From: the human T2T-CHM13v2.0 reference genome, Homo sapiens
Length of the DNA stretch: 64,000 nt
NCBI RefSeq assembly: GCF_009914755.1
Contig: NC_060947.1
Direction: 5' to 3' (one strand)
Every line of letters starts with the position of its first letter. Within the stretch, counting starts at the first letter, position 1. The notes under the pieces were generated by a model. It saw only the letters and a program-made list of their open reading frames with translations, ran no database searches and was not told the origin of the DNA. Position numbers and translations under genes: made by a program. Of the stretch, positions 12,637 to 26,765 are shown piece after piece.

Positions 12637-15600
12637 AGAATATGATTTTATTTTCTTTATGGCTGTGTATATTCTATGGTATATATGTGCCACAATTTCT
12701 TCATCCAATCCACTGTTGATGGGCACCTAGGTTGATTCCATGTCTTTGCTATTGTGAAAAGTGCTGGAATGAACATATGTACATGTGTCTTTGTAGTGAA
12801 ATGATGTATATTCCTTGGGGTATATACTCAGTAATGGGATTGCTGGGTCGAATGGTAGTTCTGTTTTAAGTTATTTGAGAAATCACCAAACTAATTTCCA
12901 CAGTAGTTGAACTAATTTATGTTCCCAACAACAGTGTATAAGCATTTCCCTTTCTCATCAATATTGCTAGCATCTGTTATTTTTTTTACTTTTTACCAAT
13001 AGCTATTATGACTGGTGTGAGAAGGTATTTCACTGTGGTTTTGATTTGCCTTTCTCTAATAATTAGTCATGTTGAGCATTTTTTTTCGTATGCTCATTGG
13101 CTGCATGTATATCTTATTTTGAGAAATGTCTGTTCATGTCTTTTGCCCATTTTTTAAAGGGGTCGTTTGCTTTTTTGCTTGTTGACTTGTTTCAGTTCTT
13201 TGTAGATTCTGGATATTACACCTTTGGTGAATGAAGTTTGCAAATATTCTCTTCTACTCTTTAGGTTGTCCATTTGTTCTGTTGATAGTTTCTTTGGCTG
13301 TGCAGAAAATATTTAGTTTAGTTTGGTCCCACTTGTCAGTTATGTTTCCAATTACTTTTAGAGTTTTCATCATGAAATCTTTGCCTTTGGAGTCTTCATC
13401 ATGAAATCTTTGTCAATGCCTGTGTTGAGGATTGTATTCCCTAGGTTTTCTTCTAGGGTTTTTATAGTTTTAGGTTGTATGTTTAAGTATTTAATCAAAC
13501 TTGAGTTGATTTTTGTGTATAGTGAAAGGAAGGAGTCCAGTTTCAATCTTCTGCATATGGCTGGCCAGTTATTCCAGCATCGTTTATTAAATAGGGAGTC
13601 CTTTCCTCATTGTTTGCCCTTGTTAACATTGCCAAAGACCAGATGGTTGTGAGTGTGCAGCTTTATTTCTGGGTTTGCTAACCTGTTCCATTGGTCTATG
13701 TGTGTCTTTTTGCACACTAGAACCATGTTGTTTTGGTTACTGTAGACTTGTAGTGTCCTGTGAAGTGGGGTAGTATGATGCCTTCAGCTTTGTTTCTTTT
13801 GCTTAGGATTTCATTGGTTAGGTGGGCTCTTTTTAGGTTCCATATGAATTTTAGAATAGCATTTTATAGTACTGTGGAAAGTGACATTGGTAGTTTGATA
13901 AGAATTATGCTTAATCTGTAAATTGCTTTTGGCAATATGATAATTTTGTGAATATTGATTCTTCCTATTCATAAGCAGGAACTGCCTTTCCATTTGTTTG
14001 TGTCATCTCTGATTTCTTTCAGCAGTGTTTTGTAATTCTCATTGAAGAGATATTTCACCTCCCTGATTAGCTGTCTTCCTAGGTATTTTATTTTTGTGGC
14101 TATTGTGAATAAAGTTGAGTTCTTGATTTGGTTATCAACTTGGACATTCTTGGTGTATAGAAATGCTACTAATTTTTCTACCTTCATTTGGTATCCTGAA
14201 ACTTTGCAGAAGTTGTTTTCAGTCCTAGGAGCATTTGCACAGAGACTATGGGGATTTCTAGGTATAGAATCATATCATCTGTAAAGATATAATCTTACTT
14301 CCTCTCTTCCTATTTGGATATCTTTTATTTATTTCTCTTATGTGTTTGCTCTGGCTGGGATATCCAACACTATGTTGCGTAGAAGTGGTGAGAGTTGGCA
14401 TCCTTGTATTTTAATGGTCCTTAAGTGGAATGCTTCCAGCCTTTGCCCATACAGTAGGTGGTTGTGCATTTTATATTTATGACTTTTATTATTTTGAGGT
14501 ATAGTCCTTCAATGTCTAGTTTGAGGAGGGTTTTTAACATGCAGGTATGTTGAATTTTGTTGAAAGTCTTTTCTGTATCTATTGAGATGATCATGTAGTT
14601 TTCATTTTTAGTTCTGTTTATGTGATGAATCACATGTGTTGATTTGTGTTTGTTGAACCATCCTTGCATCCCAGGGATAAAGCCTACTTGATTGTGGTAG
14701 ATTAGCTTTTCGATATGCTGCTGAATTCAATTTGCTAGTATTTTTTTTGAGAATTTTTTGCATCTAAATTCCTTAAGAATACTGGTCTGAAGTTTTCCTT
14801 TTTCATGTGTCTCTGCCAGATTTTGGTATCAGAATGATGCTGGCTACATAGAATGAGGCTTCAATTTTTTGAAATAGTTTCAATAGTATTGGAACCAGCT
14901 CTCCCTTTATACCTCTGGTAGAATTTGTTTGTAAATCCATCTGGTCCCAGTCTTTTACTGGTTGGTATGATTTTATATTACTGATTTCATTTTAGAACTT
15001 GTTATTGGCCTGTTCAGGGATATAATTTCTTCCTGATTCAATCTTGGGCAGTTTTATGTTTCTGGATTCATCCATTTTTTTTCTAGGTTTTCTAGTTTGC
15101 TTGCATAGAGGTGTTTCATAATAGTCTCTGTGGGTGTTTTTATTTCTGTGGGGATTATGGTAATATCATCTTTGCCATTTCTGCTTGTGCTTATTGAATC
15201 TTATTTTTTTCTTTATTAGTCTAGCCTGTGGTTTGTCAATCTTATTTATTCTTTCAAACAACAAACTTTTGGCTTAATTGATCTTTTGTATGGGTTTCTT
15301 TTGCCTCATTTTTGTTCAGTTCAGCTCTGATTTTGGTTATTTCTTCTCTTCTCCTAGGTTTGGTTTTGATTTGCTCTGATTTTTCTAGTTCCCATGTGCA
15401 TGATGTTAGGTTGTTAATTTTAGTTCTTCCGATTTTTTGATGTTAGTGGTTAGCACTATAAACTTTCCTCTTAACACTGCCTTAGCTGTGTCTCAGATGT
15501 TTTGTTATGTTTTATCTTTGTTCTCATTAGTTTCAAAGAATTTCTTGATTTCGGCCTTAATTCATTGCTTCATCAAAAGTCACTCAAAATTAGGTTAATT

Positions 15601-18600
15601 TCCATGCATTTGTATGGCTTTGAGATCGTTTTTTGGTATTGAGTTGTGTTTTTTTGCACTGTTCTCTGAGAGTGTGCTTGGTATACTTTTGGTTTTTTTT
15701 TTAAATGTGTTGAGAATTGCTTTATGGTTAATTGTGGGGTCAATTCTAGATTATGTGCCATATGAAGATGAGATAAATGTATATTCTCTAGTTGCAGAAT
15801 AGAACTTTCTATAGATCTCTGTTAGGTAAATTTTGTCAAGTGTCAAGTTTGGGTCCCAAATATCTTTGTTAGTTTTCTGCCTCGATGATCTGCTGAACAT
15901 TGTCAGTGGGGTGTTGAAGTCTCTCACTATTATTGCGTGATTGTCTGAGTCTTTTCATAGGTCTCTAAGAACTTTTTTAAGTGATTCTTTGGGTCCTGCA
16001 GTGTTGGGTGCATATATATTTAAGATAGTTAAGACTTCGTGTTGAATTTAAGTCTTTATCATTATGTAATGGTCTTCTTTGTCCTTTTTGAATGGTGTTG
16101 CTTTAAAGTCTGTTTTGCCTGGAATAAGAAGAGTAACCTCTGATGTGTTTTGTTTTCCGTTTGCTTGATAGATCTTTCTCCATCCACTTACTTTGAGCCT
16201 ATGGATGTCATTGCATGTGAGATGTGTCTCTTGAAGACAGCAAACAGTTGGGTCTTGCTCTTCATCTAACTTGTCACTCTGTGTGGCTTTTAGCCTGTTT
16301 AAGTTCAAGGTTAATATTGATATGTGAGGAATTGATCCTTTTATCATGTTGTTAGCTGGTTGTTAAGTAGAATTGATTGAATAGTTACTTTATAGCATCA
16401 GTGGGCTACGTATGCAAGTTTTTTTGTGTCGTGGCAGGTAACAGTCTTTTGTTTCCTTGTTTATCACTCCTTTAAAGACATCTTTGAAGGCTGTGGTAAT
16501 TAATTCACTTAACGTTTTCCTGCCTAATAAGAATAATTTTTCTTCACTTATGAAGCTCAGTTTGACTTAATATGAAATTCTTTGTTTGAATTTTTTTATT
16601 TTTATTTTAGGATGCTGAATATGAGCCTCCATCTCTTCTGACCTATAAGGTTTCTGCTGAATGTATTATGTTAGTCAGATGTAGCTCCCTTTGTACATGG
16701 CTTGCCCCTTCTCTCTAGCTGCCTTTAATATTTTTTTCCTCAACAATAACTTTGGGGAATTTGATGACTGTGTGCCTTGGGTATGATCATCTTGTACAGT
16801 ATCTTACAGTTATTCTTTAAATTTTCCTAATTTGCAGGTTGACCCCTCTAGCAAGTTTGGGGATATTTATGTGGACAGTATCCTGAAATATATTTTTCAA
16901 GTTGCTTCCCTTCTCTCACTGTCTTTCTGGGATACCAGTGCGTTATAGGTTTCCTCTCCTTACATAATCTAATATTTCTTGAAGGTTTAAACAATTTTTT
17001 CCCCTAATTTATTTGATGAATTTGATTTGAAAAAGTCATCTTCAAGCTCTGAGATTCTTTATTCCACTTGGTATATTCTGATATACTTCTGATTGTATTA
17101 TGAAATTATTGTAGTGAGTTTTTGAGCTCTAACAGCTCAGTTTAGTTTTTTCTTAAAATGACTATTTTATTGTTCAGCTCTTGAATTGTTTGACTGGATC
17201 CCTTACATTCCTTGGATTCAGTTTCAACATTCTCCTGAATCCTGACGATTGTCATTGCCATCGAGATTCTGAATTGTGTGTCTGTTATTTTGGCCATTTC
17301 AGTCAGCTTACAAATCATTGCTAAAAAGCTATTGCAGTTGTTTGGAAGTAAGAAGACACTCTGACTGATAGTTTCCAGAGTTCTTGCACTGGTTCTTTCT
17401 CATCTGTGTTGGCTGATGTTTCTTTAATGTTTGAAGCTTCTATCCTTTTTGTTTGTTTGTTTGCTTTTATCCTCTTTGATGCCCTTGAAGGTTTTACTGT
17501 GGCATAAGATGAGCTTAGTCAATTGGGTTTCTTTCTGGATGATTTCAGGAGTTCAAGGTTCAGCTCAGCACTCCTGGGCTGTATTCACTAACTTTAAGGG
17601 CATGGGACCAGGCCCATGGCTTTTTCCTGTGACTGTTTGAGGTTAAGCACCTGCTGCCCTGGAGGGGCCAAGGTGTTTTTGGTCTGCTTGCAACAATACT
17701 CTTGATAGGGGGTGCCAGCATTAACACTTTGGCAGGGCAGCAGCAGGGCAGTGGACGGTCCCACACATGTGCATTTGCCAGTGAAGCAGTAAGGGGAGGC
17801 TGTAGGCAAGTGAACTCTGGTGGGGGAGGGGGTCTGGGCAGGTGCACACTGGCAGGAGCCTGCCTGCAATAGCTCTCCATCTGCTATTTTGGGTCTTGGC
17901 AAAAGAGACATGGTGGTGGCTGCTGACCAGCTCCTGTGCTGTGCAGCAGAGGCCACACTGCAAGTGGGTGCAGGCAGGCAGGGACGTTGGGATAGGCCAG
18001 CAGACAGGGACTCACTCATGTAATTCAGGCCCTGTCACCTGGGCAAGATATTCCTGCTCTGTCTGGGTGTGTCAGCCAACAAATTCTAAAGTTACGTAGA
18101 GGAGTATCTGAACCTTGGTAGATGGTCACTTAAGTGGGTATCTGAGCCTTAGGGGGTAGTTGCGCATGGCTGTGCTTCACTGCAGCCTTTACTGCTTCCA
18201 ACCCTCTAGGCTCTATGCAAGCTGGTGTTCTGACTTTGCCAGCTTTTTTATGCAGTTCTCCCTGTCAGCTCAAATGTACCTGGGGATTCTGGGGTCTCCT
18301 GTAGCTATGATTCTGGAAGTCCATTGTTAAAGTGGGCCAATTCATGCCTATTTTACTCACCCCTTCCCCAAGAGTTGGTTGGGACCAGGAACAAGTCTTG
18401 GTGCTTGGCAACCACGTGCAGGGTTCCCAGCTTCCTCCTCTTTCAGTCCTGGGTCTGTGTCTTCCCTCTATCCACTCTCAATGCCTTATTTGTGAACATC
18501 TGTTTGGAAGTATGCCTGTCTCCTTGATGATCTGGTCTCTCAGTGGGAGAAGCTCTTCCTGTCTGCATCATCAGCCATCTTGGCTCCCTGTCCGTCCCCC

Positions 18601-19265
18601 CACAAATCCAGTATGACCTTTTCTACGTTTTTCCGAGACCATTCCTGTGAAAATCAAACTAACCACCTAAGGTTGGTCCCAGCCTGAAGTTAAGGCAGAA
18701 AAAGATAATTTTATTTCTTCTTGATATAGTTTTATTCTGACATATTTGCCAAAGGTTCACATAAAATAGCCAAAAGTTCAATTTCAGGACATGAACAAAT
18801 CATATTTTACCATGATAAATTAAGCAGACAGTGACTATCTGAAATTTGCTTGTCATAGCAGATAATATGATAAATAAATAAAATTTATTGTTTGAAATAT
18901 TCAACATCTATCTAACATATCCAGAAATAACCAAAACACAAAGCATGATTAACGTTTATACTCAGGCAAAAAAATAAGTTTGACTTAAAAAAGTAATTCC
19001 AGCATTAGAACTTTCATTCTGAGTTTTTACCCTGGTAGTAAAAATATGCAAAACACATTTTCACTCTTCCACCCATACTACCTTAGGACATCTCCATGCC
19101 ATGCTCCTAATTCTCTTTTAATAACTCAATTTATGGAGTAGGTCTACCAAATGTTGTAAAGACATAATAGATACTATAGGGTATTAAAATAAAATTCAGT
19201 AGAAAATCTGATGTATATCTGTTTGGAAGCTTGCAATACAATCATTAGGACACAATAAAACAGAT

Positions 19266-19312
<47 letters not shown>

Positions 19313-19317
19313 TACAC
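19266..19317. repeat. Compound (TC)n(CA)n microsatellite
   Basis: Directly visible. Confidence 0.97.
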
Positions 19318-21692
19318 GGAAAAGACTCATAAAAATTGGTTACAGAGATGCAGACATGAGTCATATATGACACTTTGTCAACATTAAAGTATTCTGAGAA
19401 AATACCTGCAGGTAATCAATTGATCTAAATTTCTGCTAAAGTACTGTCATTAAGAAATGCCACTTGTGAGCTTACGTAAGACCTATCATATATTGGTAGC
19501 AGGTATTATTTTGTAAAACTATTGACTAATAGAAATGCAAATTGTGAAATTCTAACATTCTTGTGGAATTCAAACAGATTATCATTCACTAAAAGTCATT
19601 ACTGAATGTAATAAAAAATGTTGAAACAAATAAATGATTTAAGTTGACAGAAAGGGTGAAAGCAAGGCCTTAATTGATGAATTTGATACTTGGTCTTTCC
19701 TACTTGGATTTTTGTCCACCCTGTCATGCATTTAAGTGGTGAGAGGTTATTGTTGTCATTGGTATGATTATAAGGTTTCATGAAGAGATTAAGTGTGATA
19801 ATTATTTTTAAACAAGGAAGAAACATGGAAAAAGAGATATTATAATAGGTAGGGAAAAATGCTTCAGCTGGGGAGTCCATTTGTAATGTATAAGAGAAGA
19901 AAAGTAGTTTCATTTTATGCAGATAATATGAGCAAACAGATGCTAAAACAGGGTAACATTGACTATGTGCTATTTAAAATATTTTGCTTTATTTTAACTA
20001 CATAATCCTTGCACACTCATTTTGATAATGAAAACCACACAGCTAACCACAATTAAAGAGAAGTATAATGGTTTCTTCTTACTCCAAGTATCCACCCCGC
20101 TGCCACTGTTCCAAGGTAACCAATGATAATGCATTTTGTATGACCTCTATCTTTTGTCCTGTGACAAAATACATATACACATTTTTAGTTTGTTTTTTAA
20201 TACAATCAGACTATGTTATTTTGATACTTCCCTTTTTATTGACTCAAGATGTACTGGATATCACCTGGGAAAATTCTTACAGATATAGCTAAATCCATAG
20301 AATGGATATACTGTGCCTTTTTAATGTTATCACATTCTCTGGAAGAGTGTTAGGACTACTTAAGGTGGTGGTAGACGTTAATGTAGAATCTGGTTGAGAT
20401 AATTTTGATGTTGGCAAAATAGATGATGGCTTTGCCAACAAAAATGCATCAGATGATAACAGATGCTTCAAGGTGATATTTGGCTTGTCACTGGTACTCC
20501 TGGTGTGGCAACATAGAAGTGATCATAATCTATGGTGTTTCCCCAACTAATTGTTGGCAAGATAGAGATTGCTATTTTTTATTTGAAGCTAAAACTCCAA
20601 GATGATATTGTAAGAAAATGTGTGAAGACTTTCAATGATGTGAAAATGGAATGGTCCAAATGGTCATAAAATATGAAAGCATTTCTTTGAATGAGAAAAA
20701 TACCAAATAATGACACGATTTACTGAAAGGGTATCTGTGATTGCACATGAAATTCAAATCACTGAGGCTTAAAGATTCAGGAATTACAGGAATATAATTT
20801 GGAAAACAGAATGGAAGGCATTGGAAAGGGGCTAATACAATATGAATGCTATGTAGTTTACAATTGGTCTAATGTTGCTCTAAAAACTTCTACTAAATGA
20901 AACACTTTTTAGAAATTAAAGCTGATACAAAGAATGAAATTGTCTATGTGATTACAAATGATATAGTATTCTTATCTTTGACTTCTGAATGAATAGGAAC
21001 TGATTATACCTATGGATTTCACTTTTAAGAATACTAGTGTTACTTTGCAATATTTGAATGGACTTCACTTTCAACCATATATAATTAAAAATGAAAATTG
21101 AATACTAAAAATAATAAAAATCACCAACTGACTTTACCAATGCAATAGAAAGAAAAGAAATATGCCTTTAAGTCTTTGATATAGCACATTTTCTTTATTA
21201 GTTCTAACAGAATTAAAGCTTTCTAACTGATTATTGGCAAACCAATTAAAAAACATTATGGGATCACAGTATTTAATATCTCCATTGCCAACAATAATAC
21301 CCCAACTATCATGTTATTGTAAATAAACCACAAAACTCACAAATCCACAGAAAAATTACAGAAACAATTCAACTTTCATGAAGATAGGGAAATCACAGCT
21401 CCTGTAGTAAAGAGTGAAAATTACAAAAAATGAACTGTTTATTGATTCTATGAAGATCAAGCAGGAAAAAATATGACTATTTCAATGTCACTTTATACAT
21501 TCACCAAACCCAGTAAGTAATGGATCACTGTCAGCTGATGTGAAAGATTTTTTAAAAATTTCTTACCTTCAAGAAGTTGCAGATTAGTATGCAAAAAATA
21601 CATAAGAAAACATGCAATAAGTAAAATACGGTATAGAATGCAAGCACCATCAAGGCAGAGGATCAAATTAAATCCCAAGAGGAGGGACATAG

Positions 21693-23506
21693 TGATGGCA
21701 GCAGCAGCCCATCTGGAGTGGCTGCTGCAAAGTTACGGGCTGCAGTGGGGAGGTATGGCTGGGGCTGTGCCCCCACAAAGCAGGCAGCAGCCCCACCATC
21801 ATGGGTGCAGCTGCAGCCTCCCAAACTGCAGCTGTGAGACTGGGCATCCCTATGCTCTTGGGGGCTGGGGGCAGGTGGGAGCCCCACCCTCCCGGGTGCA
21901 GATGCTGCCACTCAAGCCATGGCTGTGGGCCCAGGCATTTCTGCACTCTTGAGGGCCCAGGGAAGGCCCTCCTGCCCCCACAGGCTTGAAAATGCCTGCT
22001 CTCACTGCCTGGCCTCTCCTTGCTCCTGGAACCCACTCCACAGGCTCAGAAATGCCTGCTCCCACTGCCTGGCCCCTCTCAGCTCCCAGAACCCACTCTG
22101 ATCTTGGAGCAAAGTTGAGACCGAGCCTGGGCATGTCAGCTCGAGGCAGAGCTGACACACCAGCACCCTGCTGCATGGCCCCCTCCTGACTTTGGATGCC
22201 AAAGAGCATGGGAGGGAGGCCAAGGGGGTGCTGAGGGCAGTTTGGCACTGGCCTGCAGGCACCCCTCAGCATGAACAGCCTGGGCACCATGAACAGCAGC
22301 AGAAGGCAGACAGGTTCCAGGGGGGAAAGGCGCGGGTCCCCAGTGAAGCCCCAACTTCAAGCCGTACTGGGGGCTGGGATGCCAGTCCTGTGGACCAGAG
22401 TGGGATATTATGGTGCTTTTTCTGTGCCCACCCATGGCCACCTATGGACCAATCAGCATGCACTTCCTCCCCTCTGAAGCCCAAAAAGCCGTGTGCTCAG
22501 CAAGACTCAAGGAGACAACAGGGTGACCAGCTTTGGGGAGTAGCGGCCCACTCCAGGGTTTCCTCTCTGCTGAGAGCTGAACACTCAACTAGACCACCTG
22601 CCCACGGAGAGGAGCTACCCAGCCCATGGTCTTCCCTCTGCTGAGAGCTGAAAAGAAGACAAGATGACCAGCTACAGAGAGGAGCTACCCACCCCAGGGT
22701 GCTTTCTGTGTTGAGAGCTGAACATTTGATGGATGACCAGCTGTGGAGAGGAATTACTCACTGCAGGGTTTCCTCTCTGCTGAAAAGTGAACACTTGACA
22801 GGACACCCTGCCTGTGGAGAGGAGCTACCCACTGCAGGTCTCCTCTGAGCTGTTCTGTCACTCAATAAAGCTCCTCTTTGCCTTGCTTACCTTCCACTTG
22901 TCCGTGTACCTCATTCTTCCTGGATATAGGCCAAGAACTCAAGACCCACCGAATGGTGTGGCTAAAAGAGCTGTCACAGAAACAAGGCTGAAACATGCCC
23001 CTTGCTCACCACATTGTGTGTGAAAAGTAGGAGAGGAGCGAGATAGAAGAGCTGCTGAATTTTGGGGAGCCCAGACCTATCAGTTCCCCAAGCCGGGGCT
23101 GTGACACCCTCTTTGGGGTTTTGCAGTTCCTGGCATCTCCAAGCTTCCAGGCATCACTGCATTCCTCCGTGCCAACTTTGGAAGCTGCTTGCGGTATGCC
23201 TGGTCTAGCCGCAGACTTGCAGGGAGCCGGTGCCTGTGCTGGTGCCTGGAGCTGCTCACCTTGCCACAGCTAGCTTGCCTGACTGTGCACAGTGGCCAGA
23301 CCCCACACTCACTTGCTCACACACCTGCTCTGCATCTGGCTCACCCTTGGCAGGCATGGGATCCAGACCAGCAATGCAAGCTGAGCACAGCTTCCAGGCT
23401 GAGCGGGCAGAATGAGCCCAGCAGGCCCAGGCAAAACTCAGACAAAGGCGTCACTGGCCACAGAAGCTTCCAGCTGGATAAGCAACACACCAAGGATCCC
23501 ATAACA
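21693..23506 (+). mobile_element. MER52A-like ERV1 solo LTR (about 1.8 kb)
   Basis: Starts TGATGGCAGCAGCAGCCCATCTGGAG and ends CATAACA. TSD atag (21689-21692, 23507-23510). Internal gagaggagctaccc repeats and AATAAA at about 22864. Confidence 0.88.
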
Positions 23507-23529
23507 ATAGTACTTCCAGCTGATTGAAC

Positions 23530-23930
23530 ACTGGGTTCTTTGGAAAGCAGTCTCTGAGTCAAAGAATATTGTGCTATAATTCTATTAAGAGGATTTCTCA
23601 GGATTAAATCTGTTGAGAGAAAGGAAGGAAACAGGATTGGGCAGAGGAAGAAATTGAGCAGCAAAAGTTGCTGAGAACCAGAGCCTCAGCTGATCTCACC
23701 GTGGGCTCTGAAAGTGGGATGGCTCTTCAGAATTGTTCTGGGCTTTGATGTGGGGGCTGAGTACTTATATCTCTATATCTAGAAGTAATTGGATGCAGGG
23801 ATATGGCCTTATGTGAAGAGACTCTTTTTGGTAAGAACAATTTTTGAATGAGAATGTCAGCCGGCAGTACTTGTGGCAGAGATGTGGGGTTGGGGGTGGA
23901 TGTAGGAGCACAGTACAATGTCCACAACAC
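23530..23930 (-). mobile_element. LTR33-like ERVL LTR
   Basis: gggttctttggaaagcagtctctgag...caggattgggcagaggaagaaattgagc resembles the recalled LTR33 minus strand. Confidence 0.55.
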
Positions 23931-24175
23931 AGCTGAAGAGGTCAAAGTATTCCACTTATAGGAATTTTGTTAATCATTGATTATCTCATCCAATCTAATT
24001 ACTTTTACTTGATAAAACAGCAAAGTTAAATTCTTTTTCCAAGATCACAGAGCTAGAAATAAAATGTAAACTTGAGCTCACTTATTCTTGCCATTACTTA
24101 TTTTATTACATCTAAAGCTCTCACTATGCAGAGTCAAAACCAGCAAAAGCAAACAGAAAACTAAAGCTGAGGTAT

Positions 24176-25632
24176 TCAACTCATATACTATAAGGCTATA
24201 GTTACCAAAACAGCATCATACTGGCATAAAAATAGGCATGTAGACCAATGAAATAGAATAGAGAACCTAAAAATAAAGCCAAATACTTACAGCCAACTGA
24301 TCTTTGACAAAGCCTATAAAAATATAAGTTAGGGAAAGGACACCCTATTTAATAAATGGTGTTGGGAAATCTAGAAAGCCACATGTAGAAGAATAAAACT
24401 GGACTCTTATCTCTCACCCTATAAAAAAATCAACTCAAGATGGATGAAAGACTTAAATCTGAGACATGAAACCATAAAAATTCTAGAAGATAACACTGGA
24501 AAAACTCTTCTAGACATTGGCTTAGGCAAAGAATTAATGACTATGACTCCAAAAGCAAATGCAACAAAAACAAAAATAAATAAATGTGACCTCATTAAAC
24601 TAAAAAGCTTCCGAACAGCAAAAGAAATAATCAGCCAAGTAAACAGACAACACACAGAATGGGATAAAATATCCATAAACTATGCAGTAAATCCACAACT
24701 ATGCAATAAAATATCCACAAACTTCCCAAGGGGGAAGACAAAGGAATAATATCCGGAATCTACAGGGATCTCAAACAAATTGGCAAGAAAAAACAAATAA
24801 CTCAATCAAAAAGTGGGTAAAGTACATGAATAGACAATTCTCAAAAGATGTACAAACAGCCAATGAACATATGAAAAAATACTCAACATCACTAATTATT
24901 GGTGAAATGTGAATCCAAACCAGAATGAGATATCACCCCACTCCTGCAAGAATGGCCATAATTAAAAAGTCAAAAAATAGATGTTAGCATGCATGTGGTG
25001 AAAAGGGAACACTTTTACATTGCTGGTTGGAATGTAAAGTAGCACAACCACTATGAAGAACAGTAAGGAGATTCCTTAAAGAACTAAAAATAGAGCTATC
25101 ATTCGATCCAGCTATCCCACTGCTGGGTATCTACCAAAGGGAAATAAGTCATTATATGAAAAAGACACATGCACACACATGTTTATAGCAGCACAATTCA
25201 TAATTGCAAAGATATGCAACCAACATAAGTGCCCATTAATCACAAATGGATAAAAAAAGTGGTATATATACACCATGGAATGCTACTCAGCCATAAAAAC
25301 TGATAAAATACTGTCTTTTGCAGCAAATTGGAGGGAGCTGAAGGCCATTATTCTAAATGAAATAACTCTGGAATGGAGAACCAAATATTATATGTTCTTA
25401 CTTACAACTGGGATCTAAGCTATGAGGATGCAAAGGAATAAGAATGATATAACGAACTTTGGGGATTCTGGGAAAGGGTGGAAAGGGGTGAGGGATAAAA
25501 GACTACACATTGGGCACAGTGTGCACTGCTCAGATGATGTGTGCACCAAAATCTCAGAAATCACCACTAAATAAATTATTCTTGTAACCAAAAACCACCT
25601 GTACCCCAAAACTATTTAAATAAAAATAAAAA
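24176..25632 (+). mobile_element. 5'-truncated L1PB 3' fragment
   Basis: ORF2 C-terminal remnant (KDLNLRHETIKILEDNTGKTLLDIGLGKE) and an L1PB-type 3'UTR ending in an A-rich tail. Confidence 0.9.
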
Positions 25633-25803
25633 TTTTGAAAAGAACAGAAAAACTATTTTTGAATTTAAGTAGCCAATTGCTTTTTAAGTAAATCCCTTGA
25701 AAATATGGCTTAAGTCTAAACAACTTTAAAAAATAAATGTATGTAACATTGGTTATATATGTCAAAAATAAGAAAGTTGGTGAATACAAAAATAATGCAA
25801 TTA

Positions 25804-26765
25804 GGAAGGCAAGATGGATGACTAGACACAGCTAGGTGGAACAGCTGCCACTGAAGGACCCAGATGACTGGCACCCTCCTGATAGATATTCAGAGGGAAG
25901 ACACTGAGAGGGGACAGAGGGAAGACACACAAGCTGAGCTGAAGTGGGAGGAAGCTGGGAACCCTGCATGTGGCTACATGCACCAGCACTCATTCTTGGT
26001 CTCCAGTGTCTCTGGGGGAACGGGTGAGTTGAACTGGCAAGGAGCAACTCACTCTCATATGGGCCTCTGGAATCCCCACAGGAGGCAACCCCTTGACCAC
26101 GACAGACATTCTAGTAGGCAGGGAAATCTGCTTAGAGAAGTAGTGGGGCAGCAAGCCAGCTAATGTGGAGCCCAAAGGGATTGGCATAGGAGCATTTGTA
26201 GTGAAGCATGGCCAGGAGCAACCATCCCCCAAGGTTCAACTTGTTCCCATAGGAGCCTTTAGCCCTAGGCGAAATGTCAGACCTGAACTCTGCTGGGTGG
26301 TCTTGCCCATCAGACAGGGCAGGTTTGACCTGAGCACCCTTTGGTCTGCTGTCCTCTCTGGGGCCCCAGCCTGACCATGCCTTCTTGCAGGGCAGCCTTG
26401 AGTGCCTTGGGAGCACGTGTCATAGCTTCTGCACTGGTGGACTGTGCCTGACCAGAGGACCAGAGAAGGGCTCCAGTGGAGCAGCCCCCACAGCCATGCA
26501 CAAGCCCACTTGCTCCCTTCCCACACTGCAGCTTCCCCTGGGCCCATGGCAACCCTTCACATCACTTTGATGACATGTGTGTGCATAGGTGGTTTATGCT
26601 TTCTTTGTCCCTACAGTGTGCATGTGTCAGTGAACCTTGCTGTGCCACTGCTGCAACAGGAGTACAGCCCACCCTTCCTCCCACTGCCAACTGCCATTGC
26701 AGTCAGAGCCTTGGTGGGCACAGAACCAGCCAGCCTCACCCCACCAGTGTCCTGCCCTTGCCACC
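25804..26765 (+). mobile_element. Isolated L1 5'UTR (L1PA15/16- or L1PBa-like), 3'-truncated
   Basis: Starts ggaaggcaagatgg and resembles the reverse complement of the 5'UTR at about 17.7-18.6 kb. L1 similarity stops at about 26765. Confidence 0.8.

Larger units (their letters stand above)
10904..18609 (-). mobile_element. Full-length degenerate LINE-1 (L1PA15/16-like) with nested insertions
   Basis: 3' end at 10904. ORF2 remnants ([10 protein letters not shown]..., ILTLNLN...CCLQETHL). GC-rich 5'UTR ends cagccatcttggctccc. TSD agtatagccttttc (10890-10903)/agtatgaccttttc (18610-18623). Confidence 0.92.

Noticed and set aside
21638-23664. Many 60-150 aa ORFs on both strands
   Set aside because: They lie within the MER52-type LTR and have no recognisable domain.
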